A DNA stretch of 64,000 nt from positions 156,860,001 to 156,924,000 of the forward strand of contig OZ024743.1 in the NCBI GenBank assembly GCA_964016885.1, in the 5' to 3' direction. How positions within the stretch are numbered: the stretch's first letter is position 1; the number at the start of each line of letters is the position of its first letter. The notes beneath the pieces are model-generated. The model did not search any database. It was given only the letters and a program-made list of their open reading frames with translations, and was not told the DNA's origin. This stretch comes from Eledone cirrhosa. Lineage: Eukaryota. Positions 37,701 through 52,575 of the stretch are shown here, one piece after another. Made by a program: the position numbers and the translations under genes.

Positions 37701-39600
37701 CGGCGAGAACGGCACTAGACCAGTTCTTCAACGTGAAACACGAAGGTTGTATTGTCAGAAGTAGAAGACGTGCTCTAAGGAACGAGAGAGCCAAAGCGGT
37801 TAGCTGGACCCGAGTGACAGAGGAGAAAAGTGGCAAAAAATCCACAATTCGGTCTTTGCAAGACAAAGATGGACGCATTCTACTTGAATCCAAGCAGATG
37901 TGCACGGCCTTCCAGCAGCACTTTGCACAACTGTTCGGGCAAAGCGGTACGTCGAGCGAGGTGATGGACTTCGGGTCGTACCTCAACGGCCTACCACGAA
38001 TATCGAGCCCGGACGCAGAGAACTGCGAAGGGCCAATCACAGCGGGCAAAATAGAAGGTGCCCTAGGCCGCTGTGGGAAACGCAAATCACCCTATGAGAT
38101 TTGCATAGGCATGCCAGATTTGTTCTCGGCGTCCTCGAAGCGGTCTACTGCAACTGGCAGCAGAACGGGAAGATTCCCAGTTCTCTAGGCAGAGACGTAG
38201 TAACGCTGGTGAGGAAAGATGAGAACAAGGGGGATGAGATAAGCAATTTCAGGCCCATAACTCTGCTGAACACAGAGTTAAAGATTTTGGCCAAGGTTTT
38301 ATCAACGAGGCTGGCGTTTGTCATCAATAACCTGGTAGGGGAAGCGCAAACGAGTGCAATCCTGACCAGGTCCATACACGATAATCTCCATCTCTTGCGA
38401 TTCATCATAGAGAGGGTAGGATTTAAACCTGGCCTCGTTGTGGCTCTGATCAATTTACATGAATCTAAGGCATTTGATAGTGTCGACCATCAATACTTGG
38501 AAGCGGTTCTCAAGGCGGCCGGCTCGGATTTCTTCTTCAGATGCAAGATCGCTGCCATGCACACCAGCTTCTGATCGGCAGTGAAGGTGAATGGTTACCT
38601 ATCGGAACCATTCCAAATTCATGCGTTCCATACGTCAGGGTTGCACTATATCCTCCATTATGTATGTACTGACTCTCTGACTCTCAAGCCATTAGTGCGG
38701 AAGTTGGAGCTGTTGAAGGGCAACCGATCGAACCAGGATTTCGGAAAGTAGCGTCGGCCTATGCCTACGATGTAACCGTAATGGTGTTGAAACTCGGAAA
38801 TCGGAGTAATCGGCAACTTATTATAGGAATACGAAAAGTCGATAGGAGCAAGGCTAAACCCAAACAAGTCTGTCGGTTTGCAACTCGGCACATGGAGAGG
38901 CAAACCCATGCCTTCCGACAGTGTCGTTGGACGCTGGACGGAAAGACCGGTGAAATTGCTTGGGGTTAAGCTTTTCAGATGTCTAGGTGGACAAGAACTG
39001 GAAGGAGGTCACGGCGAGGGCGTTTGCACTCACCCAGAAGTGGGCTGAGTGCGAACTCTCCTTGAAAGCTCGAGTGGAGCTGGCGAACACTTGCATAGCG
39101 TCCGTCATCTACTACAGCTTGGCAGTCGTGCCTTGTCTCCGCGAACACCTCACCAAAATGGAACGCCTACTCTTCAAGTTTCTCTGGAATAAACAGGATC
39201 CATTGGTGAGGGGATCCGTCTGCTATCAACACTCTTCTAACGGAGGGCTGGGCAGGCGATGGCTGATGATGCGCAAACACGCGCTGAGGCTACGCCATCT
39301 CCAGGTATTCCTGAACGGCGAACCAGTGTGGCTGTCGTTTGTGAGACGAGCTCTTCCACAACTCGTCTCACTAACAGAGCTGCAGTCCTGGGTCAAGCGA
39401 AGACCGAAAATAGGCGCCTTGCACCTCTAGTGCCTTCAGGTGCTCACAGACCTCTACCAAGCAGAAACGGCAATCAACGGAGATTCCACTTCCACATTCT
39501 ATAGGGGATTAATGGAGAATAAGTGCGACGACGTTCTCGGGAATCTCTAGGCATCTAGGAGGACGAACTGACCAGTCTGTTCGGGAGGATTTTCCGTCCT
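34740..39600 (+). mobile_element. L1/Tx1-clade LINE copy 4 (5' UTR, ORF1, ORF2), 3'-truncated
   Basis: ORF1 EYGSVSVLF (copy 1a: QYGTISVLF), HKCGKTTHLKVFC knuckle; ORF2 GDWNG, SDHK, NFRPITLLN, SKAFDSVDH. Confidence 0.9.
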
Positions 39601-39761
39601 GAGACTCCTAACGAACTCAAGAAGACACGATAATTATTTAAGCTAATGTTCAATATCTCATATTAGATGTTTAGTAATGATTAATACGAAATGCACTTAA
39701 ACCGAATTCTATATTATAAATTCACTTAAATAATTATCGTCTTGAGTTCGTTATGAGTCTC
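39601..39761. repeat. Short foldback (arms 39601-39642 and 39725-39761) at the truncation point of LINE copy 4
   Basis: GAGACTCCTAACGAACTCAAGA...CGATAATTATTTAAG versus CTTAAATAATTATCGTCTTGAGTTCGTTATGAGTCTC. Confidence 0.75.
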
Positions 39762-40428
39762 CTTTTTATAAAAGGATGCCACAGATTGTAAGATAGATAA
39801 TGATTACAATATTTTTGCTCAACAACTCTAGTCCCACACTTTTGAAGGTTTATTATAACATTATGTGGCTCTTTTGAGCTTGCGCATTTTTCAGGTCTAG
39901 TTTAATATTTTTTTAAGGCAACGCTTGTAATGACTGTAGTTAAACATGATACATATTAATAATAAATTATCGTTGTAATGTAATTAGATTATATAATTGT
40001 TATTTTATAAATGATCTTATAAATATTATTGTAAGATATATAAAAATATTTTCAGACATTTAATAGTTAATATGAATTTTAAAAAATCATATATAAATTA
40101 ACAATATAACTTACCAAAACGAGAAAAAGATTTTGATGATAAACGACGAAATACTGGAGGAAGATTCGAAAGCGAAACGATAAATAAACGTGCAAACAAA
40201 ATGGCGGAGGCTTTTGAGCAACAATTACACTCGTTGGTTGATTAGCCAAGAAGACGATGAAATTAGTCAATTAGACGATACAATATAAAAGATGTTTGGG
40301 AGGGATCACCACGGCCAGCTATACCCTTTGAATTTTTTTTATTCACAAGCTACGCATGTATGTCAGAAGACAAGCAGACATAAAAAATTATGTTGTTAGT
40401 CACTGCGTGTCTAACAGATATATATATG

Positions 40429-43977
<3,549 letters not shown>

Positions 43978-44427
43978 CAATATCGGAGAAAGCCTTTTAG
44001 CGATACTCCGGCCAAATTCCAACTCACTCAACAAACATTAGGAAATAAGTGATTATATCCCCAATTAAGCGTTCGGGGTGCTAACTAAAAGTATTGCGTG
44101 GAAAATTGGCTGTATTATTTCATATGAGACATATGTAATATATCTCTTCCCAGACGGACGTCTCGTTTCATTATAGGATTCCTACAATTTGGGTGAAATG
44201 ATACCAATTTATGTAGGAGCTTGTATACCATCAATAGATATATATTCAAGTGGGCTCCTATAATTCATCAGTGGGTGCCCCAATAATACTAATATTGATA
44301 ATCTAACCAACATCAGCATTTAGCGATAATCATCATCCTCTGTGCCTGAGGTATCTGTCAGGTTGCCAGTCCAGCAGTTTTAAAGAAGTGCTCAAACTGA
44401 TTAAGAAAATGAGGAAGTAAATTACCG

Positions 44428-44463
<36 letters not shown>

Positions 44464-45040
44464 AGTTGGGAGTGAAATTTTAGTAAATAAGTTAATTTTA
44501 TAATTTTCTTATTTTACGTCTCTCATATTATTGTTCTGCAACCCCATGCATTGAACCACAAAGTTACTAAGACAAAACCTATATATTTGCTAGCATAAGT
44601 ATGCATCTGTGTATATATATGTTAATAGATATACTAATTCTTTATAATATCTCCAAATTATTTGTCGAGCAAAAATTGGCCAAAACTGCTGCTATAGTAA
44701 CAGTCCGGCTGCTCTCTTCTTAACAAACCACTCTCCACTGATTGACCTCGATGTCACGTGATTGATTCTTTTGAATTTGCCACCGACGCAGTAGGCAGTG
44801 ATTTTCTCAATGGCTTGGAATTTAGTCCACGCTTTGCTTTTTTCCATCCACTGAATTATTTTTGTATAAGTTCCCTGTGTCCACGTATTGCCTGGAAACT
44901 TAGCTGAGAATAGACTTCCCTGATGATGAAAGGCTTCTCCGTACACTTCTTCGGAAAGTATGTTTATTCCCTTTCAGAATCTATTAGTTGGGAGTGAAAT
45001 TTTAGTAAGTAAGTTAATTTTATAATTTTCTTATTTTACG

Positions 45041-45050
<10 letters not shown>
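44464..45050 (+). mobile_element. Non-autonomous hammerhead-bearing element with 65-bp terminal direct repeats, between (TA)n tracts
   Basis: AGTTGGGAGTGAAATTTTAG...CGTCTCTCATAT at 44464-44528 and 44986-45050; hammerhead just before the second repeat. Confidence 0.7.
44909..44985 (+). ncRNA. Type I hammerhead-like ribozyme (weak stem III)
   Basis: AATAGACTTCC-CTGATGA-TGAAAGG...CTTCTTCG-GAAA...TTC^AGAATCTATT; stem I AAUAGA/UCUAUU plus UUC/GAA. Confidence 0.6.
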
Positions 45051-45100
<50 letters not shown>

Positions 45101-45104
<4 letters not shown>

Positions 45105-46030
45105 CAATTTAGAAATTAAAAATTAAAAAATATATGATCAACACTATTGTTTTTTTTTTGCAAAATGACAATAATTTTTTAGTCAGATAGAAATACCTTA
45201 ATTCAAGTACATATAGTCCGTCTGTATCGATCTAGAGAATTTTAAATATTAAATGTATACTTACAGACGTAAAATGGCAACTCCCTGGTGCCTAGACAAG
45301 TTTAAATTTCAAAATTCAAACCTTTTCAGCAGATCGGGCAGAACTTCAAAACATAAACCTGTTTCACAAGGGATATTATACTAATGAAATAATTAATTAA
45401 TTACGGAACAACTATTTATAAAATAATTATTAGCGGAGTAATCAATTTTCTGTGATCAACGGTAGGCACCCAGAAATTAAAATCACTTCTCCTAAGATAG
45501 TATCTTAAGACTGATCTGTTGCAAGCCTAATACATGTGCTTTTGCACACGACCTTCTCAGCATTCTGACTTATATCCATGGCGCTAGAAATAACAGCCGT
45601 GAATATGTGATTATGAATTCAGCTCGACCGTAGGAGCAGATAATTTCAGTTTAGTAGTCATTTACAAATATTAAGCTCTAAGAAAAATACTTCTGAGCAT
45701 TACATTACAATTTAGAAATTAAAAATTAAAAAATATATGATCAACACTACTGTGTTTTTTTTTTTTTTGCAAAATGACAATAATTTAAACTTGTCTAGGA
45801 ACCAGGCAGTTGCCATTTTACGTCTGTAAGTATAGATTTAATATTTAAAATTCTCTAGATCGATACAGACGGACTATATGTACTTGAATTAAGGTATTTC
45901 TATCTGGCTAAAAAATTATTGTCATTGTGCAAAAAAAAAAAAAACAGTAGTGTTGATCATATCTTTTTTAATTTTTAATTTCTAAATTGTAATGTAATGC
46001 TCAGAAGTATTTTTCTTAGAGCTTAATATT

Positions 46031-46034
<4 letters not shown>
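45101..46034. repeat. Complex foldback between (TA)n tracts
   Basis: 45101-45307 inverted with 45783-45993; 45662-45785 inverted with 45913-46034. Confidence 0.85.
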
Positions 46035-46105
<71 letters not shown>

Positions 46106-46200
46106 ATTGTGTATGTGTGAGCGTATACGAATACAGTGCTCATGTGAATATACAAACACACACACACACCCACACACACACAGAAATATTTATATATATA

Positions 46201-46309
<109 letters not shown>

Positions 46310-46974
46310 CTCAGCTATGACGACTATCAGCATTCAACACCACATATGATAGATCTATTTTCTCATGATCGAGATAATGTATATTACACTATTTGAAACG
46401 ACTATACTGTGTACGATTAATATATACAGGCATTGTCAGAAGAAATTTATTATGTACATAAGTCAATCAAAACTAACACTGTTAAAAATCATCAGCAGTT
46501 TATTAATCAGGCTTACTGGCGCGCAACTGAATGCGTTATTTATGCAAATCCGTTTATACAACTTATTAAAACTTTCTATCTATATATGTGTAGTATCATC
46601 ATATACAGAGGGTGGCAGGTATGCAATTGCTGATGAAATATCGATATATGTCTAGTGCAATGCCGCAGATCCATATTATATTATTTACGATACTAAGTGT
46701 AATTTATATGCATAGTGTTAGATGGAATCAGTAGATTTCAGCGTCCCGCCTACATTAACTTAACTATACACTAGCGTAAACATACAATCGTTTGTCACAA
46801 GTGCCCACTACTACCAAAAGGGAGATGAGTGTGACCGATATATATATATATATATACAAAATTAAATTAAGGGAGTCATGTCCGACACATGCGACAAATC
46901 CACCGTAAAATAAGCTCAAAGTTTCCAATGAATAGATCCGAGCATTTTATATCAACTATAAAATGATTGGTATT

Positions 46975-47240
46975 TATATATATCTAAAATAAACACATGA
47001 AACAATCGCAGGGGATAATTTGTAAAGTGTGTAAGCACACAAAGCTAGGTAGGTAACTAATTAAAGTTTAACTAGAACTTCAAATATAGATACGTTTTAA
47101 GATTAATCATTTTAAGAAGGTATCTATATTTTAAGTTCTAGTAAAACTTTAATTAGTTACTTAAGTTGCTGTGTGTGCTTACACACTTTACAAATTATCC
47201 CCTGTGATTGTTTCATGTGTTTATATTAGATATATATATA
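46975..47240. repeat. ~120-bp-arm hairpin of the repeat family also seen at 375-530
   Basis: 46975-47095 is the reverse complement of 47119-47240. Confidence 0.85.
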
Positions 47241-47276
47241 TATATGCAAATACATTTCTAATTGACATATATATAT

Positions 47277-47443
47277 AAATATAAGTATGTATACGTACAT
47301 ACATATATGTATACAGATGTACAGTAGTATGTATATATATACATACATGCACACGTATATATATGTACGTATGGGTTTACCGAACATTTATTATAATGTT
47401 CGGTTTGTTTGTAAACAAACAGCCCGAATTCTGACAAAGGAAC
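47277..47443 (-). repeat. Internally deleted fragment of the ~420-bp retrozyme-like repeat
   Basis: ATAAGTATGTATACGTAC...CCGAACATTTATTATAATGTTCGG...CCCGAATT|CTGACAAAGGAAC. Confidence 0.85.
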
Positions 47444-47471
47444 CTCTTAATCTATTTTATTTCTCATTCTT

Positions 47472-47507
47472 TCTTCTGATGAAGGACTAGCCTCCGAAAC
47501 GTTAAGA
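47472..47507 (+). ncRNA. Minimal type I hammerhead ribozyme of the PLE type
   Basis: TCTT-CTGATGA-A-GGA-CTAGCC-TCC-GAAA-CG-TT^AAGA; palindromic ACGU stem III; degenerate homologues at 54772-54807 (-) and 62941-62975 (-). Confidence 0.8.
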
Positions 47508-47590
47508 CCCTCTTCCTGCTATATCAAGCGTTAACCTAATATACACCTTCCATATACCCTACCGATTGGGTTGTTATTTCTGTTTACCTT

Positions 47591-47728
<138 letters not shown>

Positions 47729-47822
47729 GTAGAAGAGGTATATAAACTGTTGGAATTCCGACAAATATAAATAAATATAAATGTTTATAACTGATTTAGA
47801 GAACTCAACAGTTCCTAGAGTA

Positions 47823-48101
47823 AATATTCAATGATAATACATAAATGGAAACAAAATTTATAAAACCATATTTATATTTTTATATATATTTCAAGGGTAC
47901 CAAAAGACTTTGGTACGCTTTCTTCAGATAAAATACAAAATGTGTTTTATAAATAGAGACATTCCCATGAAAATCATACCTTATCAGTTGGATATTCTCT
48001 GGATAGTAAGCGTACCAAATTCTTTTGGTACCCTTGAAATATATATAATAAAATAAATATGGTTTTATAAATATTGTTTCCATTTATTTAATATCATTGT
48101 A
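47823..48101. mobile_element. PLE 3'-terminal foldback related to 43690-43880
   Basis: Arms 47823-47921 and 48008-48101 are inverted; the spacer is homologous to 43697-43780. Confidence 0.8.
47877..47934 (-). ncRNA. Hammerhead ribozyme with intact CUGAAGA/GAAA core
   Basis: Minus strand: TTTTAT-CTGAAGA-AAGCGTACCAAAG-TC-TTTTGGTACCCTT-GAAA-TATA-TA-TAAAA; stem I register uncertain by one nt. Confidence 0.7.
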
Positions 48102-48232
48102 TATATATATATATATATCCAGGGAGTGTAACTTGGAGTTACTGTAGGTTCACCCGAGTGAGCACTCGATGTTTAGATTCACTTCAGTGTCGAGGTGTAG
48201 AGCTATACAGAGTGTATTATAGTTATATAGTG

Positions 48233-48284
<52 letters not shown>

Positions 48285-48288
<4 letters not shown>

Positions 48289-51025
48289 TAAAATAACAGA
48301 TTAAAGTTTAAGCAAAGAATCGCTGCTTTCACCATTAACGGGATCTTCTGAAACTAACAAAATCAATCTGTAAACGCAGAACTGGATATTTCAAAAAACG
48401 TTGCAACCAGAGGAAGACAGGGAGACGATAATTTGGTTCGTGGAAACGTTCGCTGGCAAAGAACGGGGAAAAACGAATAATTCGTCATTAATAGGAGCGG
48501 TGAAAAACAATTACGCGCAAAGACACAACCACGTTTATAAAAGAGGTCGTAGACTAATGTTCTCTTAGGTGGTGCATAGAGACGTTCTCTGACAATGAAC
48601 GAAAAAACGAAGATAATACGTCATATGTGGCGCGTGGAGAACAATAGCACGCCAAGACAAAACCATGTAAATGGTATAGCAGAATTGGTAGACTAAAATT
48701 CTAACTAGGAGACCAAATGAATCAAATATACGTACGAGGAGGTATACGTACCTTTACAAAACATACGGGTAATATATACTAACCTATGCAAATAAGTAAA
48801 GGAATAAACAAAACATATACTTAGCTCCCACATCAGGACGTAAAATATCCACGTATAGATCGTACTATCCGTTAGGGTATAATGTGGGGCTGTAATACAA
48901 GAATGTTTTGTGCAATTTATGTTTACAAGCCGAAATTGCCTCAGATTTTTTGTTTAAGATGTTGTCTGTGGAGTAGAGTATTTCCAGGGCCTCAGCGGCG
49001 CAGAGGTCACATGGTCTTTTATTTCCGTTATACGATCTAGCCCTAGCTAGGATCTCCCAGTGTAACTTATATTGGGTGTGGTTGTCTTTTAGACTCCAGA
49101 TATAAGATGAAAGTGATGTCATATTCCTTCTTAGAGGGTAACGAAAAGAATGGGTATGCATGTAAAGACGCTGCTTGAAACTATTGGCGGTTAATCCTAT
49201 GTAGGCCCTACGGGACGTGGGTGTTACAACCTTACATTTGTAGACAATGTTACTAGAGAGGCATTTCCCGGATAGGGGGCAATCAGCCCGATTCCTACAA
49301 TTACAGTTAGTACTAACTACAGGGTTGCACGTGTTCCTACGGCTAGGTAGTTTACCTAAATTTGAAGCTGTAATGTTATGTGCAATGTTAGGAGTCGTAG
49401 AGTAAGAAATTTTAATAGTATTTATATTAAACACTTTACTATGTTTATGTGTAGGGGGAAATGCTTCGTAATAAGGGAAAGAAAGATCTTAGCTAATGGT
49501 GTGGCCACCTCCATATTATATGGTGGGTTATACCAACAAATGCGACGGGATCTATTGCTTCTAGGTCTATTTTCGTACTCTGTATATGCTACCTTATCGA
49601 CAAATACACTTCGAGCAAGAGCTTCATTTTAATATGTGGAATGGTCGTTGAAAATACGCTCGTTGGTGGAAAGACGGGAAAGCCCCAACGAAACGTTTCT
49701 TACCAGGTTCTTGGTTATGCTGGCAGTATGGTTGGAATGCTTACTTATGTAATTAAGCGTATCATTCGGCTTTCTATACGGGTAATACAACCCATTCAAT
49801 AAATTGAGGGTAACGTCGAGGTAATTAACGACCGAGAGATTGGCCTCAACCTGTATAGAGAGGTTGAAGCCTTTAAAGAAGGCTGTGAGTTCTTTTCTGA
49901 ACCTGTCGCAAGCACGAGGTCCGCACTTAGTCATGGTCAAAAGACCATCGTCGCGGTACAAACCACCGCCCACGTTGGGGAATTCGTCCTTGATAGAGAA
50001 AAGAAGGAAAAGGCCAATAAGATCAGTAACCTCCGCAGAGTCACTGGCGCCCATACTCACTTTGAATGGGGTACTATTGGATTTTTTAATCCAAATAGAG
50101 TCGTCGAAATTAATCACCGACTTTCGGGCATTGAGGATGACATCAACTTCGAAATCCTTAACCACTGTGAGTGTTTTAGCGAAATTGATAACTCTAAGGA
50201 GAAGTGGTAAAGTAATGGAGGAGTAGTAATTGTTGATGTCGAATTGGATAAAACGGCAATGTTCCTTGTTACATATTCCGTTGAAGAAATCATCACCGCG
50301 AAAGTATTGTTCCACAGTACAAGAGGGGCCAAACTTCTAATTTCAGGTATAATTCTATCAAGAATCGTTTTACTAAGTCTACCTAAATCGTAATTCGTAG
50401 GGTTAATAAGCCGAATAGAGGGGTTGTTCGGAAAATTCGATTTGTGATCCTTTAGGGTAAAGTGGGGAGAAATAGGGTCCAGAGGTTCGGTCCGGTGCAG
50501 GACGTTGAGATCAGATGTGATTTTAAACCCAGCATCGTTGATTTCATTGATGACGCACCGATTAGTTTTACGGTAATCCTTAGTTACAGCATTATGTAGT
50601 AGTTGATGGTAAGTACTGCGATCCACTTGATATAGGTAGCCAGTTTTGTCGGAATGGACGTGCACGGCGTTAGAATCCTTAATAGAACGAATTCTATTCT
50701 TCAGGTCTTGCTGGAAGGAATTGATCCTATTCCGAAATTTGATACTCCGAATGAGTTCCAAGACATCATTTTCGAAGGGTAGCAATGCTCGGTTCCACGG
50801 GGGTTATTATAGGTTTTAAATCCAAATGTATCTTTTTTGTTGTCTGCTTTTCGTGGATTATCGAAACAAAAGGCACGCCAACGCAACCTTTTAATGAACG
50901 CGACTGTTTTCTGTATCAGGAGTTTTAGGTATGTTTTCCTGCTTGGTACGGGTATGTTCTTTGTAGAAATATTCAGATGTTGTTTCTGCATGATGAATAT
51001 AAGTCAGTAGAGTGCTCTGTGTATA
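48285..51025 (-). mobile_element. Near full-length Naiad-type Penelope-like element, frameshifted
   Basis: ORF pieces 50991-50701 (STKNIPVPS...FIKRLRWRA), 50785-50114, 50315-49629 (QFDINNYYSSI, YRDDG), 49434-48865 (CNCR..CPLSGKCL, YIG, CDLC..E, CKH); 3' end at (TA)n. Confidence 0.93.
48305..48355 (-). ncRNA. Hammerhead at the PLE 3' end (core reads CAGAAGA in this copy)
   Basis: Minus strand: AGTTT-CAGAAGA-T-CCC-GTTAA-TGG-T-GAA-AGCA(loop)TGCT-T^AAACT; copies at 2838 and 2972 have GGG in stem II. Confidence 0.65.
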
Positions 51026-51027
51026 CA

Positions 51028-51088
51028 ATTCGGGCTGTTTGTTTACAAACAAACCGAACATTATAATAAATGTTCGGTAAACCCATAC

Positions 51089-51174
<86 letters not shown>

Positions 51175-51902
51175 ATGTATGTATATATATACATACTACT
51201 GTACGACGTATGTATACATATATGTATATACGTATACATACTTATATTTAAGTATCACCCTTACAACGAGTGACAAATGAAATTTCGTTTCAATCTTTTC
51301 TATTTATCGTTCTCGGTACGTCCGGCCGACTCACTTATTCGGTATGCAAATTAGGCTGCTCAGCCGTTAATATACATAAGGAAAGTATATACTTTCAAAC
51401 GTTCAATCATCTGACAGGAAGGTATACGAAGCTGACGATAGCTAATAAGCTTGAAACTAGTTCATCCTTCCTTTGTCAATGTTGAACAAAAGGGCAACGA
51501 TGGTTGCTGAACACTGTACGACTTAATTCGGGCTGTTTGTTTACAAACAAACCGAACATTATAATAAATCTTCGGTAAACCCATCCGTAAATATATAAAT
51601 GTGTGCATGTATGTATATATATATATATATATATATACATACTACTGTACGTCTGTATACATACTTATATTTAAGTATCAGCCCTACTAAGAGTGAGAAA
51701 TGAAATTTCGTTTCATTCTTTTCCATTTATAGTTTTAGGTTCGCCCGGCCGACTAACTCACTCGATATGCAAATTAGGCTGATCAGCCGTTAATATACAT
51801 AAGGAAAGTATATACTTTCAAACGTTCAATCATCTGACAGGAAGGTATACAATGCTGACGATAGCTAATAATCTTGAAACTAGTTCATCGTTCCTTTGTC
51901 AT
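51028..51902 (+). repeat. Two tandem units (423-bp spacing) of the retrozyme-like repeat
   Basis: ATGCAAAT at 51344 and 51767; CTGACGA cores at 51432 and 51855. Confidence 0.9.
51426..51468 (+). ncRNA. Type I hammerhead ribozyme (second copy 51849-51891)
   Basis: CTGACGA-TAGCT-AATA-AGCTT-GAAA-CTAG-TT^CATC. Confidence 0.75.
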
Positions 51903-51914
51903 TGTTCCTTTGTG

Positions 51915-52237
51915 AACCCGATTCCTACAATTACAGTTAGTACTAAGTACAGGGTTGCGCGTGTTCCTACGGCTAGGTAATTTAGCTAAATTTGAGGCAG
52001 TGATGTTATGTGCAAGGTTAGGAGTCGTAGAATAATATATGTTAAGGTTATTTCTATTAAAAATATTATTATATTTATGTGCTGAGTAGAAATGGTTCTT
52101 AATACGGGAGAGAAAGATCTTAGCTAATGGTGTGGCCACCTCCATATTATATGGTGGGTTACACCATATAATGCATCGGGATCTATTTTTCCTTGGTCTA
52201 TGCTCATACTTAGTATATGCTACCTTATCGATAAATT
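51915..52237 (-). mobile_element. Internal fragment of a Naiad-type PLE paralogous to 49287-49605
   Basis: MEVATPLAKIFLSR...YSTTPNLAHNITASNLAKLPSRRN...TNCNCRNR. Confidence 0.88.
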
Positions 52238-52294
52238 CAATGTATATGGAATAAAATATATGGAACTCTTTTAACTATCTTTTAATTTCTTCTT

Positions 52295-52350
<56 letters not shown>

Positions 52351-52534
52351 AGAAACAAATCGATTATTAGGAAAAGAAATATTTTTTCATAATATTCTTC
52401 TCTTTTTTCTGGGTTAGAAAATGTTTAAAACAATATATTTTACTTTGTGTGAAGTGTTAAGGTATTAGTTAATTTATTTATTAATTAACAATAGCATTGA
52501 TTTATTTATTAATTAATTTATTTATTTAATGATT

Positions 52535-52575
52535 ATCAATTACCCGTTTCAGCATTTTATGCATTATCAAATGAT
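52535..52575 (-). ncRNA. Minimal hammerhead with U3-A8 variant core (degenerate mirror copy 54300-54340, plus strand)
   Basis: Minus strand: ATCAT-TTGATAA-T-GCA-TAAAA-TGC-T-GAAA-CGGG-TA^ATTGAT; the mirror copy keeps palindromic ACCGGU. Confidence 0.65.

Noticed and set aside
44692-44946. 84-aa minus-strand ORF with faint resemblance to a Tc1 transposase C-terminus
   Set aside because: No catalytic motifs or TIRs; the plus-strand hammerhead element explains the region better
48865-49434. Selenocysteine recoding as reported for some Naiad PLEs
   Set aside because: The visible Cys motifs use ordinary Cys codons and I could not identify a SECIS
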